Assembly (NCBI GenBank): GCA_965220895.1
Contig: OZ244850.1
Location: 1,218,962 to 1,282,961 of the forward strand
Direction: 5' to 3'
Source of the DNA: Gammaproteobacteria bacterium
GTDB taxonomy: Bacteria; Pseudomonadota; Gammaproteobacteria; UBA4575
Length of the DNA stretch: 64,000 bases
Shown here: positions 41,077 through 51,211 of the stretch, piece after piece
How the letters are laid out: every line of letters starts with the position of its first letter
Numbering within the stretch: position 1 is the first letter of the stretch
The notes under the pieces: model-generated
Database searches by the model: none
The model's input: only the letters and a program-made list of their open reading frames with translations
What the model was told of the DNA's origin: nothing
Position numbers and translations under genes: made by a program

Positions 41077-42120
41077 GTGAGCGGTGATTTCAGCGACCGG
41101 GTTCTCGCCTGGTTTGATCAGCATGGTCGCAAAAACTTACCTTGGCAATACGGGCGCGATCCATACCGAGTCTGGGTATCGGAAATCATGCTGCAGCAGA
41201 CGCGTGTGGATACAGTGATTCCCTACTATGAAAAATTCACACAACGCTTTCCGAGCGTACAAGAACTGGCAGCGGCAGGAATAGATGAGGTGCTGTATCA
41301 CTGGACAGGCCTGGGGTACTACGCGCGTGCACGCAACATGCATAAAACCGCACAAAAACTTTGCCAACAGTTTCAAGGAAGGTTCCCTGAAGACATGGCG
41401 GCAATGAAGGCACTGCCTGGCGTGGGGCGTTCCACGGCGGCTGCGATCTTGGCACTGGGCTTTGGCCAGCGTCATGCCATACTGGATGGGAATGTAAAAC
41501 GTGTGCTTGCGAGATATTTTGCAGTGGAAGGGTGGCCGGGTGAGACCAAGGTGGAAAAGCAGCTCTGGGCGCATGCGGAGTCACTGCTGCCACAGCATCG
41601 TATTGCAGACTATACACAGGCCATGATGGATCTTGGCGCCACACTGTGCACCCGTACGCGCCCGGCCTGTCCGTTGTGTCCGGTTCGCGGCAGCTGTAGT
41701 GCATCTGGACAAAGCCGCCAACACGAACTGCCGGCACCTCGGCCATCCCGTGACCTGCCGCAACGGAATGTACACATCGTGCTGGTCAGGAACAAGGAGG
41801 ATGCCGTGTGGCTGGAAAAACGTCCTCCAACCGGGATCTGGGGAGGACTCTATAGTTTCCCTGAATTCGAGGATGAAGCCGATGCGCAGAGGTGGTTGGA
41901 CAAGACATGTAAAACCGACAACTTGGCAACGGAGACGTTGCCCGTAATCACACACACCTTCTCGCACTTTCGGCTTCACATGTACCCGACGATGGTGCAA
42001 ATCGACTACAACCCCATTGGTGTAATGGAAGATGATGCTGGGGTTTGGTATAAAGCCACCGGTGAAAAGATCGGTCTAGCGGCCCCCGTCAATAAGGCCT
42101 TGCAACAAGTAACGAAATGA
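41077..42120 (+). CDS. mutY: A/G-specific adenine glycosylase
   Basis: [25 protein letters not shown], Fe-S Cys cluster, HTFSHF. Confidence 0.97.
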   Translation: MSGDFSDRVLAWFDQHGRKNLPWQYGRDPYRVWVSEIMLQQTRVDTVIPYYEKFTQRFPSVQELAAAGIDEVLYHWTGLGYYARARNMHKTAQKLCQQFQGRFPEDMAAMKALPGVGRSTAAAILALGFGQRHAILDGNVKRVLARYFAVEGWPGETKVEKQLWAHAESLLPQHRIADYTQAMMDLGATLCTRTRPACPLCPVRGSCSASGQSRQHELPAPRPSRDLPQRNVHIVLVRNKEDAVWLEKRPPTGIWGGLYSFPEFEDEADAQRWLDKTCKTDNLATETLPVITHTFSHFRLHMYPTMVQIDYNPIGVMEDDAGVWYKATGEKIGLAAPVNKALQQVTK

Positions 42121-42136
42121 GCGAGAGGTAACTGGC

Positions 42137-42412
42137 ATGGCACGCATGGTCCAATGTGTAAAGCTTCATAAAGAAGCGGAAGGGCTCGAATACATGCCTT
42201 ACCCGGGGGAACTGGGACAAAAGATATACGACAATGTCTCCAAGGAAGGGTGGCAACAGTGGGTGAGTCATCAAACCATGTTGATGAATGAATACAGATT
42301 GACTCCTGTTGATCCCAAGGCACGTAAATTCTTAGAAGAGGAAATGGAAAAATTCTTTTTTGGCGAAGGCTCGGCCAAACCCAAGGAATTTGTGGAGCCT
42401 GATAGTCAGTAA
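42137..42412 (+). CDS. yggX: Oxidative damage protection / Fe(II) trafficking protein
   Basis: [30 protein letters not shown]. Confidence 0.95.
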   Translation: MARMVQCVKLHKEAEGLEYMPYPGELGQKIYDNVSKEGWQQWVSHQTMLMNEYRLTPVDPKARKFLEEEMEKFFFGEGSAKPKEFVEPDSQ

Positions 42413-42496
42413 CAGACAGCAAGTCGAAGCCTGTGCGGATCACCTTACCATTGGAAGCCCTTAAACCACAGTCTTGAAACAAGCCCTCCAGTCCTT

Positions 42497-42572
42497 GGCC
42501 AGGTAGCTCAGTCGGTAGAGCAGTGGACTGAAAATCCTCGTGTCGGTGGTTCGATTCCGCCCCTGGCCACCA
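42497..42572 (+). tRNA. tRNA-Phe (GAA)
   Basis: GGCCAGG acceptor stem, anticodon loop CTGAAAA, GGTTCGATTCC T-loop, encoded CCA. Confidence 0.96.
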
Positions 42573-42582
42573 TCTTCAACCG

Positions 42583-43880
42583 GGTCCTTTCCGGGCACAT
42601 GGGTCACAGATTATTCCGGGGACATGGGTAACACTTTTGCGGCGAAGGGGTTTTCGCCGACGGGTTCCACCCGGTTCTCACTGTGATCGAAGAAGCCTAT
42701 ATCATAGTGCATGAAGCTGACAAGCCAGATGTTGTCGGCGACCTCTCGTATGCCCACGGTCTGGCCGGCGAAGACGGTACTGAGGTTGATCTTGCGTCGT
42801 CCGATACAGATGCGCCCGCACCGGGTGACCTTGATGGTGCGGTCGTGGAAGGGGTAGTGCGGGCGCTGCGGGGTCTGGAAGGCCTGCACTGAGGGTGTGT
42901 ACACCTCGGCGGGGTACTGACCGTTGAGGGCTTGGTGGGGGCGTTCGTGGTTGTAGACCCGGATAAAGGTCTCGAAGCGGCTTTGCTGCTGCAGGAAGTT
43001 GAAGCCCGGGGGCCGGGTGGCTTCTTTCTTGAGGGTCAGGTGCATGCGTTCATGGCGCCCGTTCTGCTGCGGGCACCCGGGCTGGATGCGTTCGATGCGG
43101 ATGCCCAGGCGCAGCCACCAGACGGCCAGGCGGCTGAGGCCGAACAGGGCATGGGGGCTGGCGAAGGGGATGCCGTGGTCGGTGCGGATGGCCTCGGGCA
43201 GTCCGAAGGTCTTGAAGGTGTGCTCGAACACCGGGAAGGCGGTGTGTTCTTTGGTGGACTCGAGGCCTTCGCAGGCGAGCAGGTAGCGGGAGTGGTGGTC
43301 AGTGAGGGTGAGGGGATAGCAGTAGGCCTGGTTGCCGAGGCGGAACTGGCCCTTGTAGTCGGCACACCACAGGGCGTTGGGGGCAGCCCCTGCGCCGAGC
43401 GGCGTGCCCTGGGCCTTGTAGCGGCGGCGTTTGCGCCGCTTGACCAGGCCGTGGCGGTCGAGCACGGCATGGATGGTGCTGGCGGCGGGCGGATGCAGGC
43501 CGGCATGTTCCTTGATCAGCTTTTCGCGGATCTTGGGCGCGCCCCAGCTGGGATAGTCCCGCTTGATGCGCAGGATCGTGCGCTCCAGCTGGTAGGGCAG
43601 CCGGTTGGCATGACGATAGGGTCTGCGACTGCGATCCTCAAGCCCCTGCAGACCATCCTCCTTGTAGCGCTTGAAGAGCTTGTAGCCGGTCTTCCTGGAG
43701 ATGCCGAACTCCCGGCACACCACCGCCATCTTCTCGCCATCGAGCAGCCGGGCGACAAATCGTATACGTTCATCCATAGGTTTACACTCTCTCCAGGGCA
43801 TCGGAAGTTCCCCCCAAATGCCCGATTGTGTAACCTATGTCTCCGGAATACTGTGTAACCTATGTGTCGGGAACCACACC
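42583..43880 (-). mobile_element. IS481-family insertion sequence; ends approximate
   Basis: Imperfect terminal IRs, each with a duplicated ACAT(A/G)GGT.ACA unit; visibly more GC-rich than the flanks; about 10 bp from the tRNA 3' end. Confidence 0.85.
42611..43801 (-). CDS. IS481-family DDE transposase
   Basis: MPW..., HTH CREFGISRKTGYK, WCADYKG, RTDHG.PF, QNGRHERMH, YNHERPH. Confidence 0.93.
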   Translation of the reverse strand: MPWRECKPMDERIRFVARLLDGEKMAVVCREFGISRKTGYKLFKRYKEDGLQGLEDRSRRPYRHANRLPYQLERTILRIKRDYPSWGAPKIREKLIKEHAGLHPPAASTIHAVLDRHGLVKRRKRRRYKAQGTPLGAGAAPNALWCADYKGQFRLGNQAYCYPLTLTDHHSRYLLACEGLESTKEHTAFPVFEHTFKTFGLPEAIRTDHGIPFASPHALFGLSRLAVWWLRLGIRIERIQPGCPQQNGRHERMHLTLKKEATRPPGFNFLQQQSRFETFIRVYNHERPHQALNGQYPAEVYTPSVQAFQTPQRPHYPFHDRTIKVTRCGRICIGRRKINLSTVFAGQTVGIREVADNIWLVSFMHYDIGFFDHSENRVEPVGENPFAAKVLPMSPE

Positions 43881-43955
43881 GTACCTACGGGAAATTTCTG
43901 TTTTCAATCGAGTTTCGTGCGGTACACTTTTGCCATGCCCATACTGGAGTAGCCC

Positions 43956-44858
43956 ATGGCGACTTCTGCCGACCCTCCTTCGGATCCCTGCAATACCACT
44001 GCCCGCAGGCAAGACCCGACTTCCCACGACATTCCACAGGTTCGCGACCCGCACCGGTTTATCAATGATCTTGACCCCAGTGCGATCAACGGCTTGATCG
44101 ACCGACTCGAGAGTCGTGGCAAGGAGCATGCCTTTACCTGCTTATTTGAGACCTATGCGTCCAAACTTGGTTTACCCAAAAATGCCAAGGTGCTTGAGAT
44201 CGGTTCAGGGACCGGTGTCATTGCACGGCTGCTTGCCTCCATGACAGACAAGGGAATCCATATTGCGGGCATAGATCAGAGTCCGGCCTTGGTAGAGGTC
44301 GCCAAGCAGTTCGCAGCACGTGAGAAGCTTGAAGACAGACTGGTGTTCAGGGTGGAAGATGCGCATGCGCTGCAGTCGATATCCGGGCACTTTGATGCCG
44401 TGATCGCACACACGGTAATCAGTCACGTTACAGATCCTGCAATGGTGCTGAAAGAAGCCTACCGTGTATTGAAACCAAAAGGCACTCTGGTGGTGTTCGA
44501 TGGCGACTACGCATCGCTGACCTACGGGTTTGATGATGTTGAGATAGGTCGGAGTGTGGATTGGGCACTGGCCCGGACGGTTTTCAACAACCCCGTGGTC
44601 ATGAGGCACATGTCCCAGTTGCTTGTGACCGCAGGTTTCGAGTTGACTGAAATCCTCTCCGACCTGGTGTCAGAAATTGGCCAAGGGAGCTATTTTCGCA
44701 GTATGGCCGATACCTATGCTCCTTTGATGGCGGAGTCCGGTCTCGTGCCGAAGGCGGACATAGATAGGTGGATCAATGCACAACACAGGGCGATTGAGGA
44801 GCATCGTTTCTTTGCCTCGTGCAACTACTACAGTTTTATTGCCAGCCGACCTGGCTGA
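43956..44858 (+). CDS. Class I SAM-dependent methyltransferase
   Basis: LEIGSGTG, GIDQS, EDAHAL, RVLKPKG. Confidence 0.88.
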   Translation: MATSADPPSDPCNTTARRQDPTSHDIPQVRDPHRFINDLDPSAINGLIDRLESRGKEHAFTCLFETYASKLGLPKNAKVLEIGSGTGVIARLLASMTDKGIHIAGIDQSPALVEVAKQFAAREKLEDRLVFRVEDAHALQSISGHFDAVIAHTVISHVTDPAMVLKEAYRVLKPKGTLVVFDGDYASLTYGFDDVEIGRSVDWALARTVFNNPVVMRHMSQLLVTAGFELTEILSDLVSEIGQGSYFRSMADTYAPLMAESGLVPKADIDRWINAQHRAIEEHRFFASCNYYSFIASRPG

Positions 44859-45043
44859 AAAGAGTATCCGTTTCTTATACTGGTTTAATAGGCATGTACT
44901 CCACCCGGGGGCATGGATGTATGCGGATGTCCGGGTTTCCCCGATTCCCAGCCAGCTACCAGGCTGGCTCACAAATTAGTCCCGGGCCAAATGCAATAAT
45001 GTAGTAATGTGATGTGTCTGAGTTTGCCTGTAGCAACACTATT

Positions 45044-45787
45044 ATGAAAGTCCATATTCTGAATGACCTGCACATTGAATTTGAAGACTTCAAGCCGCCG
45101 ACAACGAATGCAGATGTCGTGGTGCTAGCGGGTGATATTGGAGTCGGTCTGGAAGGCTTGCACTGGGCGCAGAAGCAGTTTCCCGATCAACCCGTAATCT
45201 ACGTGCCAGGCAACCACGAGTACTACCGGAACAACACGGACTTGATCGATGACCTGAAGGCATTGGCTTTGCAGGACATGCATGTCCTGAACGATGACCA
45301 GGTGATTATCAACGGGGTACGATTTCTGGGCAGCACCCTGTGGACCGACTTTGCCTTGCTAGGCCCGGATAAGCGAGTGCCAGCCATGCTTGAGGCACAA
45401 CAGTATATGACGGACTTTATGGTCATCGGGCATGAGGACCGCAGCTTTACGCCCCGGGATGCCCTGCAACTACACACGGACAGCCGGGCTTGGCTGACTT
45501 CCATGCTGGCGCAGCCCTTCAGCGGCAAAACGGTGGTGGTGACACACCACGCACCTTCCTCGCGGTCGATTTCCCGACGCTACGTAGGTGACCTGTTATC
45601 CCCTGCCTTTGCCAGTAACCTGGAAAGCCTGATGGGTGAGCGCCGGACAGTACTGTGGATCCATGGGCATGTCCATGATTCTTTTGATTATGCGGTCGAT
45701 GGGACCCGGGTGGTCTGCAACCCTAGGGGTTATGCCCCCATCGCCCTGAACCAGGATTTTGTCCCGGACAAGGTAGTCGCATTCTGA
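45044..45787 (+). CDS. Calcineurin-like metallophosphoesterase
   Basis: DLH, AGD, GNHE, THHAP, HGHVH, NPRGY. Confidence 0.9.
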   Translation: MKVHILNDLHIEFEDFKPPTTNADVVVLAGDIGVGLEGLHWAQKQFPDQPVIYVPGNHEYYRNNTDLIDDLKALALQDMHVLNDDQVIINGVRFLGSTLWTDFALLGPDKRVPAMLEAQQYMTDFMVIGHEDRSFTPRDALQLHTDSRAWLTSMLAQPFSGKTVVVTHHAPSSRSISRRYVGDLLSPAFASNLESLMGERRTVLWIHGHVHDSFDYAVDGTRVVCNPRGYAPIALNQDFVPDKVVAF

Positions 45788-45817
45788 ACCGCGATTTGGA
45801 CTGCCGGTTCTACTTGC

Positions 45818-46327
45818 TTATTGCCTGTGCCACTGGCAGTGGTTAGCCGTGTTCACCGTCCAGTTATCTGCCAGATATTCGACGCTGTACTCACAAGTTC
45901 CTGACACCCCGGCATACTTCCCGGTTCCTCCCAGAAACTTCCAGACACCGGTGCCGCCACCCCCTGCTTCAGTGTCGCCATCGTGTCTTCTTGCCCCCAT
46001 GTGAAATTTGTCATTTGAGGAGTCGGTCAGGGTGCAATGTGCCTCAAGATTGTGCTCGTCTTCTGATTTCTTCGCATAGACCAGGCACTTCGAGACGCTG
46101 TGCTCGCCTGCCACGAAGGGACTGTGGCTGCTTTCAAGAATGGTCATGATCCCTTCGAGTGTGCCGACAGTGACAGCACGCCCGGGGCGCTCAAGTGTTT
46201 GGTAGTCGTGCACCCAGCTTGTGATCATGCTGAAGCTCCCGCCTTCATCGGCATGGATGCTGTGGGTGGTGCACAGTAGCCCCGTCAGAACCAGTGCCGT
46301 TGCAATTTTCCTGCCTGCGCGCATCAT
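45818..46327 (-). CDS. Secreted hypothetical protein (probably all-beta)
   Basis: Signal peptide, GGTGKYAGVSG motif, paired Cys; SD GGGAGAGG. Confidence 0.7.
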   Translation of the reverse strand: MMRAGRKIATALVLTGLLCTTHSIHADEGGSFSMITSWVHDYQTLERPGRAVTVGTLEGIMTILESSHSPFVAGEHSVSKCLVYAKKSEDEHNLEAHCTLTDSSNDKFHMGARRHDGDTEAGGGGTGVWKFLGGTGKYAGVSGTCEYSVEYLADNWTVNTANHCQWHRQ

Positions 46328-46486
46328 CCTCTCCCTTTGATCTTCAGTCGCGCAGAATTATATATGCCCGGGATCGTGTCTCACAATCCTGATTCTGGGC
46401 TTGTGTGTAACCTGACAGGGGTGCTCCTATAGGCAATCCGCGTGTTGCAGAAAGTCAGCGCTTCACTGCCGGGGTCTTTTCCTAGC

Positions 46487-47182
46487 CTAGGCTGCGGAGG
46501 GATCTTCGGTTGTGCCTCCGAAATGCCTGTAGAACAGTGCGCAAAAAACGCCGAGCAGAACCCAGAAAATCGCATTCGTCACCAAGGTTGCGACAGTGAA
46601 CGAAGCTCTCAGTTCATCGGGAGCCAGTCCCCCGTGCGTTTCCGGATGCGGTGCACCGAACAGGTGGGGCAGCACCAGCAGGGCGACTCCGAAAAGCTTC
46701 AGGTAGGGTTTGGGCTGAAAGGCAATGATCCAAAGACCAGCTGCCGTCACCGCGGCCGTTAGGATCCACCATACCTGCCGCTGTTCAAGTCCTGCGGCGG
46801 CATCCCCCGGAAGTTCTGGAGGAAGGCCGAGCGAAGGTGCGAGGTTGAATACCGCAAAACCCGCGAGCCCCCACAGTATCCCGCCGTGCCAGGTGATTTT
46901 CCCGCGCAAGGCATAACATGCAGTCAGGAGCAGGCCGAATCCGATCCCCACCAGCATGCTGTTCAGCACCGTCCAAAACATTCGTTCAGTTCCGTCTTCA
47001 GGAGCCCACGCCTCCTCCTCATCATCCGGGGCAACCTCTTCCTCCTCGGCTCCGCCCGTTTCGTATGTCTCGGCTTCAAGGATCAGGGGGACCACGGTAA
47101 TCTGCTGCACACCCCCAAGAACCAAGCCGGCAAGCCCGCCTGCCAGCAAGGCTGTCAACAGGATTGTATTGAAAGCCTTCAT
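46487..47182 (-). CDS. cbtA: Cobalt transporter subunit CbtA
   Basis: PLILEAETYE, WAPEDG.ER, APSLGLPPELPG, RQVWW, PHLFGAP. Confidence 0.92.
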   Translation of the reverse strand: MKAFNTILLTALLAGGLAGLVLGGVQQITVVPLILEAETYETGGAEEEEVAPDDEEEAWAPEDGTERMFWTVLNSMLVGIGFGLLLTACYALRGKITWHGGILWGLAGFAVFNLAPSLGLPPELPGDAAAGLEQRQVWWILTAAVTAAGLWIIAFQPKPYLKLFGVALLVLPHLFGAPHPETHGGLAPDELRASFTVATLVTNAIFWVLLGVFCALFYRHFGGTTEDPSAA

Positions 47183-47194
47183 GGGCGGGTTCTG

Positions 47195-47392
47195 TCAGTG
47201 GCAGGGAAAGGCCAGTCCGTGGCGCAGGTCATGTGCAGCATTGTGCACAACCTCGGGTCCTGCAAAACCGACGGCTGTAATGATCAGGGTACCGATCAGA
47301 ATGGCAGCGGTCACCGCCAGGACAGTTCCCAGGGATGCCATCCCGGTTTGCATTGAAGCTGGGATATGGTTTGTGTTTTGGCCTGTATTCAT
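47195..47392 (-). CDS. cbtB: Cobalt transporter subunit CbtB
   Basis: TM helix plus HNAAHDLRHGLAFPCH; SD GGAGAGGAG. Confidence 0.92.
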   Translation of the reverse strand: MNTGQNTNHIPASMQTGMASLGTVLAVTAAILIGTLIITAVGFAGPEVVHNAAHDLRHGLAFPCH

Positions 47393-47588
47393 TTTATTTC
47401 TCCTCTCCGGTTCCTTGGTCACTGGCAGGGTTCGCCCGACCAAACATCTAGTCTAAAGGAACCCGGCCAGACAGCCAATAAATAGGCCTATGTGTTCCAT
47501 GAATTCTAACTATCTGTTATTTAAATTATATAGATGAAAAGAATATAGATACCCTGCCTGGGCTTGTCCCGGAGCGTCCCCGGGACAT

Positions 47589-48473
47589 TCACTGGACATA
47601 ATGGATTTTCGTGTCGATACGGCCTCTCGTGTTCAATTCAACGAAGCGGTAGGCGGGAGGGAGCGGGTCGGTGAGATGAACCGGGGTATTCGGCTTGAAC
47701 TGGTGGCAGGTGGAAGGGGTCGACAAGAAGCGAAGCCGATTGAACTGCTGATCGACGTTCTGGTGCACATGCCCGAATAGCACTAGCAGATATTTGGAAT
47801 GGTTGTCCAGAATCTGCAAAAAATCGGTCTTGTTCTGCAGCCCGATTTCATCCAGCCATTTGCTGTTCACAGGCACCGGCGGATGATGCAGGACAAGCAC
47901 ATTGAGTTGGTCTTTACAATTTTGCAGATGTTCGCGCAGTTGCGCGAGGCAGCGTTGAGAAATTTTTCCGTGGTGCCTGTCAGCGATCCAGGTGCTGATC
48001 AGCACGAGCGAAAACTTGCCCATCGCAATGACGCGGATTGAGTCCACCGGAGATTCAGGGATCACCTGCTGCAAAAGCTGCGGCATGTCATGATTTCCGG
48101 GAACACAGTAGACCGGCACGTCATAATCGCGAATCGCAGACTCGAACAGGGCGTAGCTTTTCTTTGCGCCTGTTTGCGAAATATCGCCTGTAAACAGCCA
48201 GAAGTCAGCATCCGGATAGCGGGATGCACAATGGCCCAGCACGGCCTGCAGGCTTTGCTTGGTGTTGATTTGATGGAAAGTGTCATCGGCGCCATCGAGT
48301 ATGTGGGTATCCGTCATATGGATGAACCTCAGAATATCCTGCGGGTGGCGGCTTGATTCGCTGGACATCGCTCTGGAGGATTCACATGAAGACAGGGTGG
48401 AACATGGCTCCCGGGCAGCAGTACTCATCAGGGCATGCTTATCGACCTTGCGGTCGGTTATACGCCCCTGCAC
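47589..48473 (-). CDS. CpdA-like cyclic-nucleotide phosphodiesterase; true start probably near 48368
   Basis: DTH, TGDISQ, PGNHD, LHHPP, GHVHQ, PSTCHQF. Confidence 0.85.
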   Translation of the reverse strand: MQGRITDRKVDKHALMSTAAREPCSTLSSCESSRAMSSESSRHPQDILRFIHMTDTHILDGADDTFHQINTKQSLQAVLGHCASRYPDADFWLFTGDISQTGAKKSYALFESAIRDYDVPVYCVPGNHDMPQLLQQVIPESPVDSIRVIAMGKFSLVLISTWIADRHHGKISQRCLAQLREHLQNCKDQLNVLVLHHPPVPVNSKWLDEIGLQNKTDFLQILDNHSKYLLVLFGHVHQNVDQQFNRLRFLSTPSTCHQFKPNTPVHLTDPLPPAYRFVELNTRGRIDTKIHYVQ

Positions 48474-48718
48474 ATGTATGTGGCTGGGTCGTTTGCGAAC
48501 ATGAACCTGCAGTTTTCATTTTGCAACACCTTGGGAAATCCTGGAGAGCACCAGTGCCAATACTATCGCTCCCGGAATAGCAACGGCAATACCACGCCCT
48601 GTAGCCTCTTTTCACCGAGGTGAAACATGCAGGCTGTTTGCCGGGTCGGTCATCGTTTTCAAGGGCACAGGGCCTGCTTCCATATGCCTGCAGGATAGTA
48701 GAAAATATCCAGGCACTG

Positions 48719-49720
48719 ATGAAACGTGTTTACTTCCAGCCCGGTGGACGCGAGATCACCAGCAGGGATGGAGAGACGGTGCTTTCTGCTGCGCTTCGCC
48801 AGGGCCTTGTTTTTCCCCACAGCTGTCGCAGCGGAAACTGCGATACGTGTCATGCCCGTCTCGTCTCAGGGGAAATTGCCCCGGGTGCGACACCCCGGCT
48901 AGAGCCGGACCCCCCCACCTGCCGGCCCGGGACCATCCTGCTTTGTCAGGCCGTACCGCTTTCCGACGTGGTGATCGAAGCCCATGAGCTTGAAACCATG
49001 GCAGGCATGCAGGTCCGTACGCTGTCCGCCCGGGTGCTGGGCCTGGAACCGCTTGCCCGCAATGTAACCGCCCTCACGCTGGGTCTTGCGAAAGGACGTG
49101 GCACCCTGGAGTTTTGTGCAGGGCAGTACGTTGATCTCCTGCTGTGGGATCATGGTCGGCGCAGTTACTCGATTGCCAGTTCACCCGCAGACTCCGAAGT
49201 GATCGAGCTGCATGTGAGGAGAATTCCGGGTGGCCGGTTCAGCGAGCAGGAGTTGTCTGCCCTGAAGCCCCTGGATGTACTGCCCGTCATGGGACCCTTG
49301 GGAACTTTTTTCCTGCGTGATGACCCGCGTCCCACGATTTTTGTGGCCGCAGGCACAGGTTTTGCTCCGGTCGCCGCCATGATGGAGGATCTGCGAAGGC
49401 GTGGCACACGAAGGCAGATACGGTTCTACTGGGGAGTGCGTTCTCAAGCAGACCTGTACCGCCTCGATCAGATAGCCATCTGGGAACGGGACCTCGGCCT
49501 CGAGTTCTCGCCGGTATTGTCCGAGCCTGATCCGGGCTGGGACGGGCGATGCGGGCGAGTGCACGAAGCCGTACTCGCAGAGCATGCCGATTTGTCAGGG
49601 ATGCAGGTGTATGCCAGTGGATCTTCGGAAATGGTGGCCGCGGTTCGTGCGTATTTCCCCCGACATGGGCTGCAGGCCGATGTACTGCACTGCGAGCCTT
49701 TCGGGCATGCGGTGGATTAA
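48719..49720 (+). CDS. 2Fe-2S ferredoxin-FAD/NAD(P)H reductase (AscD-like)
   Basis: CRSGNCDTC...LLC, RSYSIAS, AAGTGFAP. Confidence 0.88.
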   Translation: MKRVYFQPGGREITSRDGETVLSAALRQGLVFPHSCRSGNCDTCHARLVSGEIAPGATPRLEPDPPTCRPGTILLCQAVPLSDVVIEAHELETMAGMQVRTLSARVLGLEPLARNVTALTLGLAKGRGTLEFCAGQYVDLLLWDHGRRSYSIASSPADSEVIELHVRRIPGGRFSEQELSALKPLDVLPVMGPLGTFFLRDDPRPTIFVAAGTGFAPVAAMMEDLRRRGTRRQIRFYWGVRSQADLYRLDQIAIWERDLGLEFSPVLSEPDPGWDGRCGRVHEAVLAEHADLSGMQVYASGSSEMVAAVRAYFPRHGLQADVLHCEPFGHAVD

Positions 49721-49768
49721 TCCGCTTGGGGCATCGATTTTTCCGGGAGGTGCATTATCATGGGAAGG

Positions 49769-49789
49769 TCAGGCGTCAGGCGTCAGGCG
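49769..49789 (+). repeat. Heptamer tandem repeat (TCAGGCG)3
   Basis: Three exact copies directly after an SD-preceded ATG at 49760. Confidence 0.85.
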
Positions 49790-49827
49790 TCTGGTCAAAA
49801 GTGCAAAAGGATACCGGGCCGTTCGAG

Positions 49828-50106
49828 ATGAAAAACAGTGTGGTGCAAAAGATCGTCGATGGATTCGTTGATGTAATCACGGCGGGCAACCGGCCGTTTC
49901 GTATCCTGTTGTTCGGGGGGATATTCCTGGCCTTGCTGATCATGAACATTCTGGCCCGGGTCCTTGGCATCAGGACCGACATCGGCGGAGATGTCGAATT
50001 GGCGAATGTCATCCTGATTGTGGTTTCCCTGTTCCTGGGTTTCGGAATCTCCTACAGCATCATCTATTTTTCAGACGCCAGCAAACGCAAACGTGCACGG
50101 AGGTAG
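49828..50106 (+). CDS. Small membrane protein with two TM helices
   Basis: Two hydrophobic helices and a basic C-terminus; start uncertain (see findings). Confidence 0.65.
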   Translation: MKNSVVQKIVDGFVDVITAGNRPFRILLFGGIFLALLIMNILARVLGIRTDIGGDVELANVILIVVSLFLGFGISYSIIYFSDASKRKRARR

Positions 50107-50149
50107 GCGCTCTCGGTGGGTCCGGGATGCCCGGCCCGCAGCCGGGGTA

Positions 50150-50473
50150 TCAAGGACTCGCTTGCCAGGTCAGGGCATACCTTGATTGGTCCACCTTGCC
50201 CCGGTTTTGGTGCAGGGTGATCTCGGCCCCATGGGATTTCAGGGCTTGGTTGATGGCGCTTCGAAAAACGAGCTGGCGAAACTGGCCGTATTCGAGCGTA
50301 GAAAAGGCCAGGTCTTGGCCCTGCAGGAAGGCATGCAGCCCCGGCAGCGTGAAGCACCAGCATTCTGGCTCCAGCTCGAAGCCCGGTTCTTCTTGCAGCT
50401 CTCCCAGCAACCCCGGGTCTTTTTGAGCGACCCGTTCAAAGAAACACAGCAGCTTCTGTTGCAAGTCCTGCAT
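50150..50473 (-). CDS. Hypothetical protein downstream of cynS
   Basis: 107-aa ORF on the same strand as cynS; no motif recognised. Confidence 0.55.
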   Translation of the reverse strand: MQDLQQKLLCFFERVAQKDPGLLGELQEEPGFELEPECWCFTLPGLHAFLQGQDLAFSTLEYGQFRQLVFRSAINQALKSHGAEITLHQNRGKVDQSRYALTWQASP

Positions 50474-50645
50474 GCGGACAGACTGCGCTCTACTGCCGAA
50501 GCGGTGCCGTCAGGTGCTCAAACGGTGCTGACACCGGTGGCCAGAGACGTCATCACCGTTTGTGGAGCCCCCTTTCCAGGGAACGATCAGCGCACGGCCT
50601 CCACCGGCAGGCCATTCTCCGGATGTCCTCCCGGGCGGTGCACTA

Positions 50646-51086
50646 CTACCATGTGGTGTACTTCAGAAATTTTCCATTCATGGTGATCACGACGCGATCC
50701 CCCTTCGGGTTCTCTTCCTTGTCGATGTCCATGGAGAAGTCGATCGCACTCATGATGCCATCGCCGAACTTCTCACCGATGATTTGCTTGATCGTGTAGG
50801 CGTAGACACCGACGATCTCGTAGAACCGGTACATGACAGGATCCTGGGGAATGATCTTCTCCCAGGTCTTGTTGGGGAATTCCTGCAGTGCAGCACAAAC
50901 CCCTTCATCCAACTCAAGAACCTCACACAGGCTTTTCGCGGCATCCTCCGGCATGCTGTTCATCCCGTAGCAGGCAGAAGCCACCCACACCTCGCCCATG
51001 TCCATCTTGCCGGCGACGGTTTCCCAAGTGAATCCCTTGGCCTTTTTCGCAGCCAGAATCAGGTCAGTCATTTCTTCTTTGGTCAT
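50646..51086 (-). CDS. cynS: Cyanase (cyanate hydratase)
   Basis: DPVMYRFYEI..VY, EKFGDGIMSAIDF, GDRVVITMNGKFL; SD GGAGG before MTKEEM. Confidence 0.95.
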   Translation of the reverse strand: MTKEEMTDLILAAKKAKGFTWETVAGKMDMGEVWVASACYGMNSMPEDAAKSLCEVLELDEGVCAALQEFPNKTWEKIIPQDPVMYRFYEIVGVYAYTIKQIIGEKFGDGIMSAIDFSMDIDKEENPKGDRVVITMNGKFLKYTTW

Positions 51087-51122
51087 TTCAATTCCTCCGT
51101 ATAAAACTGCATGATTAGATTC

Positions 51123-51139
51123 AGCAAAAAACGAGCCAA
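51123..51139 (-). promoter_or_regulatory. sigma54 -24/-12 promoter of cynS
   Basis: Minus strand TTGGCTCGTTTTTTGCT (GG-N10-GC). Confidence 0.8.
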
Positions 51140-51211
51140 CCCGGTGAACCACGAAATTTCATGGATTTGTCACGCCGAGTACGATGGGGCTGGCACACAT
51201 TGTCCGAAAAA

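Noticed and set aside
43956-44858. Thiocyanate/halide methyltransferase
   Set aside because: Only generic class I methyltransferase motifs are visible, the gene is 7.5 kb from scn, and it lacks the shared operator.
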